From: Pelomyxa schiedti | Lineage: Eukaryota; Protista; Evosea | Length of the DNA stretch: 64,000 nucleotides | Reading direction: 5' to 3' | Assembly: GCA_020536535.1 (NCBI GenBank) | Contig: JAHLWZ010000823.1 | Span: forward strand, 44,331 to 108,330 | In this document: piece by piece, positions 50,215-60,959 of the stretch | Layout: every line of letters begins with the position of its first letter | Position numbering within the stretch: the stretch's first letter is position 1 | The notes under the pieces: model-generated | Database searches by the model: none | Told to the model about the DNA's origin: nothing | What the model saw: the letters and a program-made list of their open reading frames with translations, nothing else | Made by a program: the position numbers and the translations under genes

Positions 50215-52413
50215 CTATGTGTGTGAATGTAGGTATGAAAGAAGGATAGGTAGTGGTGATGAAGGGGGTGTGAATGGGTTTGTATCCCACCAGTCACATT
50301 CCTGCTGGTGATATGCTGTTGTTGCTTGTGTGTTAGGTAGGTTGATTACAAGGGTAGGCCCACTGCTGGTGCTGAACAGTGGCCACTGTGTATCGAAAAT
50401 GGAACCTGGTTCCCCTGTGGCAGCTTCTTGGGTCCAGGAGTGAATAACTTGAACTGCGAGGTCTGATTCGCACACCGTGCCACGTTTGGTTGCTGTTGAT
50501 TTAGAGCTTGTGTTGCAGTGAAAACAGTATCCTGGGACAAAGGAGGCACTCTCGAAAACATATGCCAGCTCCGCACCATGACAAACTTGTCCAATGCAAC
50601 CTTTTTGGGTTAGATAGTTTGGGAATTTTGGCTTTACTACCTGTACTGTTGTTCATAGGGTCTTGTACTGGAGGATAAGCAAAGATATAAGAATATGAGG
50701 GAATTCCATATGCTGTTGTGGCTCGTAATGCTTGCCTTGCTGGGCAAATCTTTTTATTCCCCAGATGAGTATTAGACACGAGTTATAGTGTGGGTTCACA
50801 CCATTTCCATATCAGTGGACAATTGTGAAAGTGCTGGCCGGGCATCGCCATGCAGGCCTTGTGGTGCAGGATACAGTTCTAAGAGCTCTGCTGCTTTTTC
50901 CTCCCCAAATACAACTTCCAAAGCGGTTGTGTATAGGACTGGGGAAATCGGAGATTGGAAAAAGTCATACAAGAATGATACTGGTATATCACTTACTTCA
51001 GGGGAATGGTATTGTGTTGTTTAAAACCGGTTTCATTCTGGACATCTCCCATTATAACAGACTTTACTCCAGGAGTGATCATTCCGTTTTGCAATTGAAC
51101 AAGAGGAAGTGGGCCAGAGACCAGATCTAAGAGGAAAAAAAACCCGTGAAGTTGTGCAGACATAGAATAGAATGAGAGAAGTACAGTTGTCATATGTCGG
51201 AACCCAGCACTTGACATCATAAATTGAAAAGGGCTGCGCTAAACAAACAGTATTGTCTTGTGCTGTAAGAATACTTTCCACTGTAACGTTTCTTAAGCAA
51301 TCCAAATTTTCTGCATCACACCCAACTAAGGCGCCGAATTTCTCTGAATATCTATATTGTTGAGCTGGATAAGGATATCAACTTGTTTCATACGGGGTAG
51401 ATTCCTCCTTGGTTCGGTAATAGGTAACCAAGAAATTACTTTCAAGTATTACATTAGAAATAAGCCCACTGAATGCTGTTGAAGTCAAAGCAATAGTTGA
51501 TAGCATTGCACCAGCACTTTGGCCGAAGAGAGTCACCTAGATACTGTCATTCCAGCGATTGGATGAAGAATTACCTTAGAGGGATCACCACCGAAAGCTT
51601 TAATATTGGCACTGACCCACTGAAGGGCGAAGAGAACATCTTTTACACCTGTAAAATTGGTTAGAACAAAGCCAAAACCAAAGGAAAGGTTGCCATAATT
51701 CCCGTCAAGCGAGGAGCCCGACAAGAATCCAAGGGCTCCAATGCGGTAGTTGAAGGATACTAAAATTACATTTTGCAAAGCGGTGTTATTACCCCAGTAC
51801 AGGGGATCACTACTCCACCCCTTTTTGGTGAGCATTAATTTTGCACCCTCAATTTTTCCAGGATACCTGTGTCATTCCACCGCCGTAAATCCACACCATA
51901 ACAGGAAGCATAGAATCTTCTGTCAATGGAGTGTAGACCTAATTCCAGTAAATGAATTGAAAAAAACCCGAGAGAGACAGCGCTACATTCAAATACAAGC
52001 AATCCTCCGAATACCCAGTAGCCTCCAATGACCCATAAGTGCCGCTCTGAGGGCAAGGTGGTCCAAATTGTGTGTGCGTGCGCACTCCTTCCCAATAGTC
52101 TGGACTAACAGGGTCACTCCACCTCAATATTCCCACAGGGGCTTGGGCGTAAGGAATGCCTAGAAAGGCTCTACCCCAATCGTCACACTCTCCCTGTATC
52201 CAGCTATCATGGTGGTAAAAAAAAAAAGAAAATTTCTGTGACTTTGTAGCATTTGGGAACAAAGTCCAAGGGGCATGCAGACAGACAAGTGAAACAACAA
52301 GAGAGGGTGGCAGTTCGAGCCCGACCGTACCCATTTTGGGTTTCAACAGTGTCAGTGCAGGCACTCACCGCTACAGAAAAAACGGCCACCCACAACACTA
52401 ACCGGCAAACCAT
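50215..52413 (-). CDS. Secreted type-B carboxylesterase / lipase
   Basis: Signal peptide; 'FLGIPYAQAPVGILRW', 'SEDCLYLNV', 'VMVWIYGGG', 'NYRIGALGF' and 'GGDPSKVTLFGQSAG'. Confidence 0.92.
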
Positions 52414-52680
52414 TTCCAGATTTCTGAGATTCGTGATGTTCCGGTAAAGCTCTGAATCTGCTGTTCGGTGACTCACATCCACAGGGCATTGTAGCTCCCT
52501 TTCAGCACCAACTTCCGTACACCTCACACTACAACCATTGGTCACTGCCAGTGTGAGGTATGATCAATTTCCCAGTATCCTAACTACAGCCTTTCGTGGA
52601 GAGTCAGCAGCGTGACCCTACACCGAGTGTCGTCGTCCCACGTCGGCGCAGACACACTCCAACGACAACAGCAACCACCC

Positions 52681-54261
52681 ATGAGTATGTTGCATCGCAA
52701 CAGCAGCAGCAACAAAGCAAAATCGTCCCTCACCACCAGCAGTACCTCCTCCCACTCCCACCCACACGTTACCCCCACTAAAGCTTCGTGCCAATGTAGA
52801 AGCACCACCCGCCAGGCGGAGGCCCACCCCGCCAAAGGGGGGTGCTGCGTACTCACCCTGGGCCTCTGCCTCGCACTCGCTCTCACTGGCCTCGGCATAA
52901 CCACGCTGTGCACCCTGCAGTGCAGCACGCCGGGCGGGGGCGGCGGCCTGGACAGCCGAGGGAGCCGCGGCGAGGGCGGCGGGGGAGGCAGCGGCCGAGC
53001 CGAGGGCGGCGGAGGAAGAGGAGCAAGCGGCGGGGCAGGGGCCGGGCCCGGGGCTGGGATTGGGGGTGCCGCTGGCGAGGGCGAGGGCGAGGGCGAAGGC
53101 GAGGGCGAGGGGGCCGTCTCGGCGCAAGGGAGCGGCGGCGATGCGGCGGGGCTGGCAGCCACGGGAAAAACTTTGGAGGCAGCGGGGGTGCCTCTGGGGT
53201 GCGAGGACGTCTGCGGAGGGGGTGCGGCTTCTATGACTTGCTCCTGCGATAGTGTGTTTTCAAAGGTGGCGTGTTGGCTGAGCCGTGTGACGTGCAGGCT
53301 GCGTAATTCGGCTGGGCGCAGCCGCGCCCACACTTCCGTTGTGGAGGAAGCTTCGCAGGACAAGACATCGCCCCCGGGCACGAGGCCACAGAGTGATTCG
53401 CCAGTTTTGGATGATCCGCGTGTTGTCGAAGTCGTTCCTGTTCAAAAGAGAGTTTTGGTAGATAGCAATGCCCGATTTCTTTCCTACCATATAAAGAATA
53501 ACAGTTAATGAAATGCACAGCAGCTTGTATCCTCACTTTATTTCCCCTCAAACAGATTTACTGTGACACATTAAGCTCACGAGAGCCTATAAAAAGTAGA
53601 AACCTTTTTCCTTGCCCTGATCTCATCTTTTTTTCCCCCTCTTGCAGGCTTTATTTCCCAACAACTTCCTGACTTGGTACTGGTAGATGTGCCAAATCAA
53701 CTGCTCTACAGTCAAATCAGCAACTCCAGTCTAGTTTTGTTCGTTCATCAGGTTCTCTTTCTTCTTTTTTTCCCCTTCGCCGATATGGTGCCAACTAAAT
53801 CCTCAGGCTCTTTCTGACAAAATCGAAGGCATGTATAACAAGGATGTTTTCAATGAACTTTTCACGTTAACAGGTATTCATTGGCGTAAATCCTTACGGT
53901 ATATCACCTTATTTCTCTCTAGGTGGCAATGTAATTTTCGTAGTTCTGCGGCAGCTGTCAGCCAACAGCCATTACCCCAAGTTGTTTGCCAGTGTCAGAT
54001 CCGGTGTTCACATGGCCGCTGTCATGCCAGCTCCACCAGCTCACGCCACCCACCACACTCCTCTTGTTGGTACCCATCCACGGGCTCACTCCCTGTGGTT
54101 GGAATTCAGACATAGCATGTATCAGTTTCACAGGTACAAAGAGCACTCAATATTTACTTTCCCCAATTGACCACTTTTCCTTTTTCAGGGATAAGTTCAA
54201 TGCCCAGGAGATACAACAACTCCGGGTGGCTGTGGACCTGTTCTACAATTGTGATGCCTAG
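52681..54261 (+). CDS. Hypothetical type II membrane protein with Gly-rich stalk and C-terminal globular domain
   Basis: TM 'VLTLGLCLALALTGLGITTL'. Downstream GT-AG exons (IYCDTL, FISQQLPD, GGNVIFVVLR, DKFNAQEIQQL) join in frame to TAG at 54259-54261. Confidence 0.55.
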
Positions 54262-54510
54262 GGAACGGAACACTATCAATGTTAACTGTAATAACAGGCT
54301 GTTTATTTGTTATCTACAAAAAAGCGTTTCTAAAAGAAAGCTGCAATAAAAAATAAAACAGGAGAAGCTTTCCTTTACAGAAAATCTTCATTTTTGTTAT
54401 CTCCCAAGTTTTGCGCATTCGATTGCGCAAGAAGATAGAGGCCATTGAACACAGAACACTGAGAGTTTTGCATTTACACAGGCTCGAGATGGGAAGCCAG
54501 TTTGGCGTTT

Positions 54511-57500
54511 TCATGTTCTTGATGTAACATTGGCCTTATACTTCAAGAATCTGTTGAGGTTGATTCTTGCCTCGTCACAGTGCCCAAAAACAACAGGATC
54601 CAGGTGTTTCTTTTCCATTGCCAGCTTTTTTGTTTTGAGAAGAAGGTTTGTTTTGTGTTTGTTGTACCTTTCTGTGCCAGATTGGGACAAAAGTGGCCAG
54701 TTGAGTGTACATTCCTAGTCTTTTGGCTACATCTTCATGGTCTTCTTCAGCAAAAATATCAAACAAGCTGTTCAGAGTTTCAGATACAACTTCACAGGGC
54801 GTTCCAGGCTTTACAGTTGTCTTGAGAAGAATTTCAGCAAAACCCTATTGGTGGTTAGTGGAGGAACAGAAAGCAAAGGTGTACAAAAAGTAGAGGGGCA
54901 TTGGCAGGAATGCGGGCAATGATCCCAATCATCGAAGCGCAGCTGGTAGCCACTTCAGAGGGAGACTCAGAGTTTTCGAGATGCTTCATTATTAGAGTTG
55001 GTTGGGGGATCTATGGAAAAGGTTACTGGACAGAAGTGAGAACGAGAAGACACACAAATGGTGGTGTTGGCAGAGTAGAACCAATGCATGTCCTAACTAA
55101 TGTAGCCATGCAACACGTTACTGCGTCAAGGAGTTCGTTGTCTTTAGAAAACTTCAATTTGGTAAGTTGAGGGTTCTGGTTGTTCGAAAGGGGCACACAA
55201 GTCTAGTTGCTTGAGCTTCTGTTGAAGCAAGAGATTCCCACAGAGCTTGAGACTGCGCCACATAATCTTAAAAGGGGTCAGACACCAACAAATTTCCTGA
55301 ATAGCACACAAGGTGATGGTAACGATATTAGCAAGTTAGTGAGACATGCTGCCGCACGTAATTGTAATTTTCTGACTCCCGTGATGTGAACGGCGATAAC
55401 TGGTGCTAGGTCGCGAATTGCTTCAATCATTTCATAGGGAACAGCAATTTTGGAGGCGATCTCAAGCAATGTTGGCATTGGAGTACACAAGGTTTTATAA
55501 GAGCATACTTTGGGTAAAACCCCTAATTTCACCAGCAAAATGAAAATCGGCGATACTTCTCGCCTGGAAATTACTTCATCAGCCATAGGTTCGTCATCTG
55601 AATATTACTGAGAATGAAAAAAAAAGTGTGAGACCAACCGTCATTGTAAGTTGGAGGATTTGAGGGCGTTTGAGTATCAGAACACATGTTGGTGAGAATT
55701 TCTAAGCAAGTTTGTTGAGCATTAAGGTAGCTGCACCATTCACGCAGCACATCAGGGCATCTCATTTGAACGGGATTTGGTTCATCCACGTCAACAACTT
55801 CCTGATGGTACAATAAGTGAATTTTTGAATGGGGGAAATGAATGAATTACTGATAAGATGTCAACAGACTGTTTGTGAACGAGTTCTAGGGCAGCCGGCG
55901 CATCATAATTTAGGAGTTCAACAAGAGACACAACTAGTTCCTCCGAGTTAACTGTCTGGGCCGCAGATAGAAGCATGCCTGATCAGGAATGAGGATATTG
56001 AACTATATCTGCCGCGGGAATACCCAATACAAGCGACTTCAAGTGGGGTGTGATGGATGGAAAGTGTAAGAACTCTTTGAGGGCAACACACTGAGGCTGT
56101 TGGAGCTGTGCAACGGCAGAAGAGTTATCATCACAGAGTGTGAAAATGAATTGGGCTAGTTTCCCAAGGCCACAGTGAATCACCAGAATTAGGTAAAATA
56201 ATAGGAACCTGTAACTGCAGCAGCCTCAATTCCGCACTTTGGAAGCAATGTGAGTAAAGGGGCAACAACTCCGGCTTCCGTAAATTTTGTGGTTGCCTCT
56301 TCGGAAACTTCACTATTTTTGTTTAGTGAGGCGAAGCAAGATGCTTTTCTACATACCATAAATGCGTTGCAAGTAAAATTGTGTTCGCGAGAAGGAGTAC
56401 TGTCTCACATTCTGGGAAGATATCTGTACTCGTCAACGCGAGAGTCCCTTCTGCCTGTTTAGTACCAAGGAGTTACTCTATGTGAGAACTCACAGGCACA
56501 TGTATACTTGCATGATATTCAACAAAACAGGAACTATGCCACATTTAATGATTCCTGGTATCTGCTCTTCAACAGCGATGCATACGTTTCTGGAGGCATT
56601 TAGGAACAAATGAGAAAAGGGCAGCGTTGTGCCTGAGAGCTCCTACAGCAGATATTTTCACAGAGCGTTCAGTTTCACCTTTCAAGAGATTAAACAGTTG
56701 GCCCGCAATACCCCTTGCCAACAACTCCTTTGTCACATTTGCTTGGCTAAGAGGAGGACCGGATTTCGGCTCGGGCTTGTTGCAGGGGGCTGCAGAACTA
56801 ATACTTGGAAGTAATGTGCTAGTGATCTCTTCAATACTACCAGTAACATCACTCCCAATGCAAACTTCATAATTGGAGGTATCCACATCACATGGCTTAT
56901 CCTTGTCATCCCCAGAGTTTTGTGGTGATGGCATTGCAGGGGCTGCGGCTGTGGCTGCTGATGCAACGTTGCTTAGCGTTGAAGGAGCTGTCAATCCTTG
57001 CTGAGTGTCTGTTTGTACCGGAGCAGTTGAGGGAACAGTTTCAGAGGATGAAGGTGCCGGAGTTGAGGTGGAAGCTTTGCTGTCTTGCTGAGGCAATGGT
57101 GGGAAGAACATGGGGACTGCTGTGTCTGGAGTTGGAACAGATGCAAAAGCAGAAGCTATAACGTGGCAAGCACACTCCCTATCTTTCTTCGTAGTACTGT
57201 GCAACTTTTTTTTTTGTTATTGTTTTTGTTTTATTTATTTTTTGAGACAACCCACATTAGACACGCATTGTACTCTATAAAGAGCAACAACAAGCACAGA
57301 ATAGAAATAGCAAAAGCAAAAGCAAAAGCAAAAGCAAAAGCAAAAGCAAAAGCAAAAGCAAAAAACGTACAAGGGTGATAGTCCTTTCAATATCAGACAG
57401 CTTGACAGCATCGACCGAAAAAATAGAACCGCTTTTCTGGCCCCTTGCACCCCGCGTTTGCTGCTTCATATCTCCCTTTGGTGCCACCGGGGCCTTCTTA

Positions 57501-57835
57501 TTCCCCTTCCCCTTCCCCTTGGGCTTCTTCTGCATGGCAGTATCCATCGCTTCGGCCATCACCTTTTGCGCCTGCACCACCGGGTTCATGTCCAACGCTT
57601 GCAGTGCTGGTGCAGAGGAAGAGGAAGAGGAAGAGGAAGAGGCCGAAGAGGTGGCCGTAGTAGTCGTAGTCGCCACAGTGGTAGCAATGGGCGACGACGA
57701 GGGGAAAGTCGCAGGGGCTGCGGTGTTGACAGAGCCAGGCTGTGGGGAGGGCGTGACTGAGACGTTGAGGCGAGGTGGCGCCCTTTTGGCAGGTCGTTTC
57801 TTGCCGCCTTTGGTGTGGACTTTGGCCTTTCCCAT
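54511..57835 (-). CDS. HEATR3: HEAT repeat-containing protein 3 / Syo1 (symportin)
   Basis: Basic MGK N-terminus; 'RECACHVIAS', 'ISAVGALR', 'QQTCLEILTNMCS', 'MFDIFAE' and 'EARINLNRFLKYK'. TGA at 54511-54513. Confidence 0.85.
57310..57363. repeat. (GCAAAA)9 hexanucleotide microsatellite in HEATR3 intron 1
   Basis: Perfect tandem array read directly. Confidence 0.95.
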
Positions 57836-58011
57836 CGGTACCACGCACACGGCCACAACGAGAGACGAGGGGGGCCTGGCTAGAGGAGCGAGAAAAAGAT
57901 TGGGGTTTAAATTTCGGGCCAATTTCGCAGTTGATTCTGGATCTGATGCGGCGAAAGTCTAAACAAGTAAGGGGAACTGCGGGAGGAGTTCTTCACGGAC
58001 AGAACAGGACC

Positions 58012-58017
58012 AAAAAA
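58012..58017 (-). terminator. Putative Pol III terminator (T6)
   Basis: Six T on the minus strand, 3 nt after the 3' strand of the stem that closes the tRNA-like domain. Confidence 0.5.
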
Positions 58018-58061
58018 CTAAGGGAGGGTGAGTGGATTGCAGCCACGCCACAATTGCAGGT

Positions 58062-58152
58062 GACATCCGATTTCAGGTCGGACCCTTTAACCACTCGGGC
58101 AACCACAGCAAGCTGCAGTGGAGGATTCGAACCTCCGAGTCGCAATGAGACA
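58062..58152 (-). tRNA. Circularly permuted tRNA-Ser(UGA)-like sequence (3' half precedes 5' half)
   Basis: Order on the minus strand: T arm GGAGG-TTCGAAT-CCTCC (58136-58120), acceptor 3' strand ACTGCAG, CTTG loop, acceptor 5' strand CTGTGGT, TG, D arm CCCGAGTGGTTAAAGGG, anticodon arm TCCGA-CCTGAAA-TCGGA. Confidence 0.75.
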
Positions 58153-58332
58153 CGTCGAATGCTCTTTGATATGTCCCGGGCAGTGTCGCTCACAATATGA
58201 GAGCACCTTCTCCCTGGAAACCGCCTGAACGTTCGCCCTCTTTTCGCTTCTGTGCAATGGCTGAGACTACATTGTGGGTTTCACCCAAGCCACAAAACAG
58301 GGGAGTGTGGGAAATCCCGCTTGTTAGCTGGC

Positions 58333-58632
58333 GGTCGTGGCTGGGTTGCATGACTGGTGCTGTGGAGCAAGAAGTTTTCCTCGGCCGGTGGAGTTGGGGT
58401 ACAAGAGGGGAACGTCATGGGAATTACGACAGCCTACTACCTTCATCCCTGGCAGCACCGCGGACCCAATCCGCAGGGACACCAATAGGCACCTCAACTA
58501 CGCCGAGGCACGGCTTCGTCTGTTCTGAACAGAAATCTGAAGGAGAAAACATTTTGATGAGAGCGCCACAGCCATGCAACCACGGCCATCCTTAGGAAAC
58601 CCCTAGGGGTTGCGTTGGCCGAAGCAACCTCT
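58333..58632 (+). ncRNA. Candidate structured ncRNA (about 300 nt), family unknown
   Basis: At least eight nested helices, plus a 3' hairpin (58605-58632) followed by a T-rich run. G-U pairs favour the + strand. Confidence 0.55.
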
Positions 58633-58724
58633 TTCTTTAGCTTCTCTTTTCATTTGTCCTCACAGTCAGGACTGGCAGATGGTTTTCCGATAAAAAGTGG
58701 GTTGTCAAGAACAATCGTTGTTGT

Positions 58725-59066
58725 CTAAACGTCAAAATGGCGGCGAGTACCGCAACATGTTCATCAACGTCGGCAAGCAGTGGGGTCACGACACTTAGCA
58801 GATCTGCTGAACTGAGATCATTTGTGCAGTTCATCAACGACCCCGNNNNNNNNNNNNNNNNNNNNNNNNNNNNNNNNNNNNNNNNNNNNNNNNNNNNNNN
58901 NNNNNNNNNNNNNNNNNNNNNNNNNNNNNNNNNNNNNNNNNNNNNCTAAACGTCAAAATGGCGGCGAGTACCGCAACATGTTCATCAACGTCGGCAAGCA
59001 GTGGGGTCACGACACTTAGCAGATCTGCTGAACTGAGATCATTTGTGCAGTTCATCAACGACCCCG
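58725..59066. other. 100-N scaffold gap flanked by an identical 121-bp duplication (probable assembly overlap)
   Basis: 58725-58845 is identical to 58946-59066; N run at 58846-58945. Confidence 0.9.
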
Positions 59067-60892
59067 CTACTTCGGATTGCATGTTGAGAACTTACTCGGA
59101 GACAAGTTTGTTTTAAAGCCGTTTTTTCTGTTTTTTTTTTAACCCTGATAAAGTAAATGGGAAAAGCTAACCCCCATATGTCGGTTTATAGGTGATGGTA
59201 ATCACAGAAATGTAGGTACATTCAGATTGCACCGAGTTTTGTTGGCTCATGCGTCTCCTTTTTTTAGGTTTTTTTCCCCATTCAACCAGTTTGCAATTAA
59301 CCCTTTAAAGAGCAGCGCTTGCTGGAGGTATGAGAGAATCCAGTAGCAAGCAGCTCGAGTGGAATTTTCCTGATCCTTGCTCAGTTTTCCCCACTCTGAT
59401 AAGTTACATATATGGTGGAGGTATTTCCTATTCACATTTGGCAATTAATTTAAAGTCTCTGCCAGAGATATCTTTAACTTGTGACAATGCTGTGGCTTTA
59501 GCCGTACTCTCACACCAAATCCAGATGCAAGAATTACAAGATCAATGCATTTCCCATGTCCACAACACCCTGGGAGTTGAGACATCCCAGAAATACCTTG
59601 AAACAGCTCTTCTATTCAATGAATCTACACCACTCGGCCTTGTAAAACTTCTCTCTGAATGTAAGTCATTGCTGTCTACCTTGGACTTTGTTTTTAACGA
59701 CAGTTCTCAACAGATATCAGCGAAAATATGGTGTTCTTTCCGAATCTAAACCTGAGCAAACTACCACTCCAAATGTTTATTGAGTTTATTTCCTCTGACG
59801 CCCTAAACGCCGACGAGGATTCTGTATGAAGTGCATATCTCCTCACTTGTAATCTTAATCAACTTCGTGACCTTCCTAAAAAAGGTTTTCAAGCTTGCCC
59901 ATAAGTATGTTGAGAATCACCCTGAGCTGGATGCTGAAGAGCAGGCAGCTGTATGGGAGGGAGTAAGGATGCAATTAGTTTCACTAGCAACTCTAAAAAT
60001 TGCACAAACGATACCTTCCATTCCTCGCAATTTGCTTATTGATGTATCAATTGTTAGAATTTACCAGTATTCACACGAGTTAGGTTCTTTTCTCTCTACT
60101 TGATAAGACCAATGAAGCAAAACTATTGCGAAAGCAAAGTCGACACCTTTTGAAGGTATTGCCCCAAGTTGGTAAAACAAACAAACATAGATTGCATCTA
60201 GGATTCCGGCGAACTACCAGTAGTGATTGCAAATAGAACTCCACGCCTACGAATATTAGAGCTCAAGCGGTTCTCTTCCTTACCTACTGCTCATGACTGG
60301 CAGATTAATGGCAACAAACATGATGCTGTATCATTAATGCGCTACACGCACTTTTTCTACACTTTTCCTTGACTCCTGAAAAGCTTAGCTTTGCAGTCGA
60401 TCGTGACATATCTTTGTGGGGAGTTGGAGTAATGGGAGGTGCTTCACCCAACATTTCAATTGATGTCAGTGTGGAGATTACTAATGAAGTCGCAAAGACT
60501 GTAGTTTTAAAGTACAGCTCGTCATACACAACTACCGGGACACCACTTCCCGTAATGACTCTCTTTAAAAAGCCCGTTCTAATCAAACGGGATCAACAGT
60601 AAGTTTAGTTGCAGTGTAGAGTACTAATTAATACCTCGAGATGCATAACCTCCCAAACAACAACCCCAATCCTCCTCTTTGCTTACACACAGTAAGGTAC
60701 ATGATAGATATGCTCCTGGTCGGACCATGTACAATCTTCTCTGTTGGAGGCTGCCAATCACAGTGCAGGTCACATGGCGTAACATTTTCCTTCACTGGTA
60801 ACCAGAGAAAATCCACAAATGGGACAACCCCCGAGTCTGGACAAATTCCCTCCCTGTTCTTTAAAATCTCCCCCTCCATGTCCCTGGTGTAA
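58737..60892 (+). CDS. BTB/POZ-BACK-PHR domain protein (BTBD1/2/6-like)
   Basis: BTB 'INDPATSDC..HRVLLA..RESS..FPTLISYIYGG'; BACK 'LNADED..VWEGVRM'; PHR 'LSFAVDRDISLWGVGVMG..NGTTPESGQIPSLFF'. The ATG is duplicated across the gap (58737 and 58958). Confidence 0.88.
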
Positions 60893-60959
60893 TCAAATGT
60901 ACGGGACAAATTCTCAAATTTTATTGAGCTTCCCTTGAGCCCAACCAGTAATGGAGCCA

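Noticed and set aside
58050-58165. Canonical BHB motif or group I/II intron boundaries at the permuted tRNA junction
   Set aside because: The flanks pair, but I could not build a strict 3-4-3 bulge-helix-bulge, a U-G/omega-G pair or GUGYG..AY ends, so no processing route is claimed.
58252-58265. CAATGGCTGAG similarity to human RNase P RNA, and an Alu-like TGTAGTCTCAGC on the opposite strand
   Set aside because: Short matches without the P4 CR-I/CR-V or SRP helix-8 motifs.
58260-58632. U3 snoRNA identity (GAGACTAC, box-B-like GAGCAAGAAG, box C TGATGA)
   Set aside because: No box A, no box C'/D pair and no 3' CTGA in the required place; kept only as an unknown structured RNA.
58725-59066. 121-bp perfect direct repeat containing the BTB gene start
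   Set aside because: It flanks a round 100-N gap exactly, which is typical of an unmerged contig overlap rather than a biological duplication.
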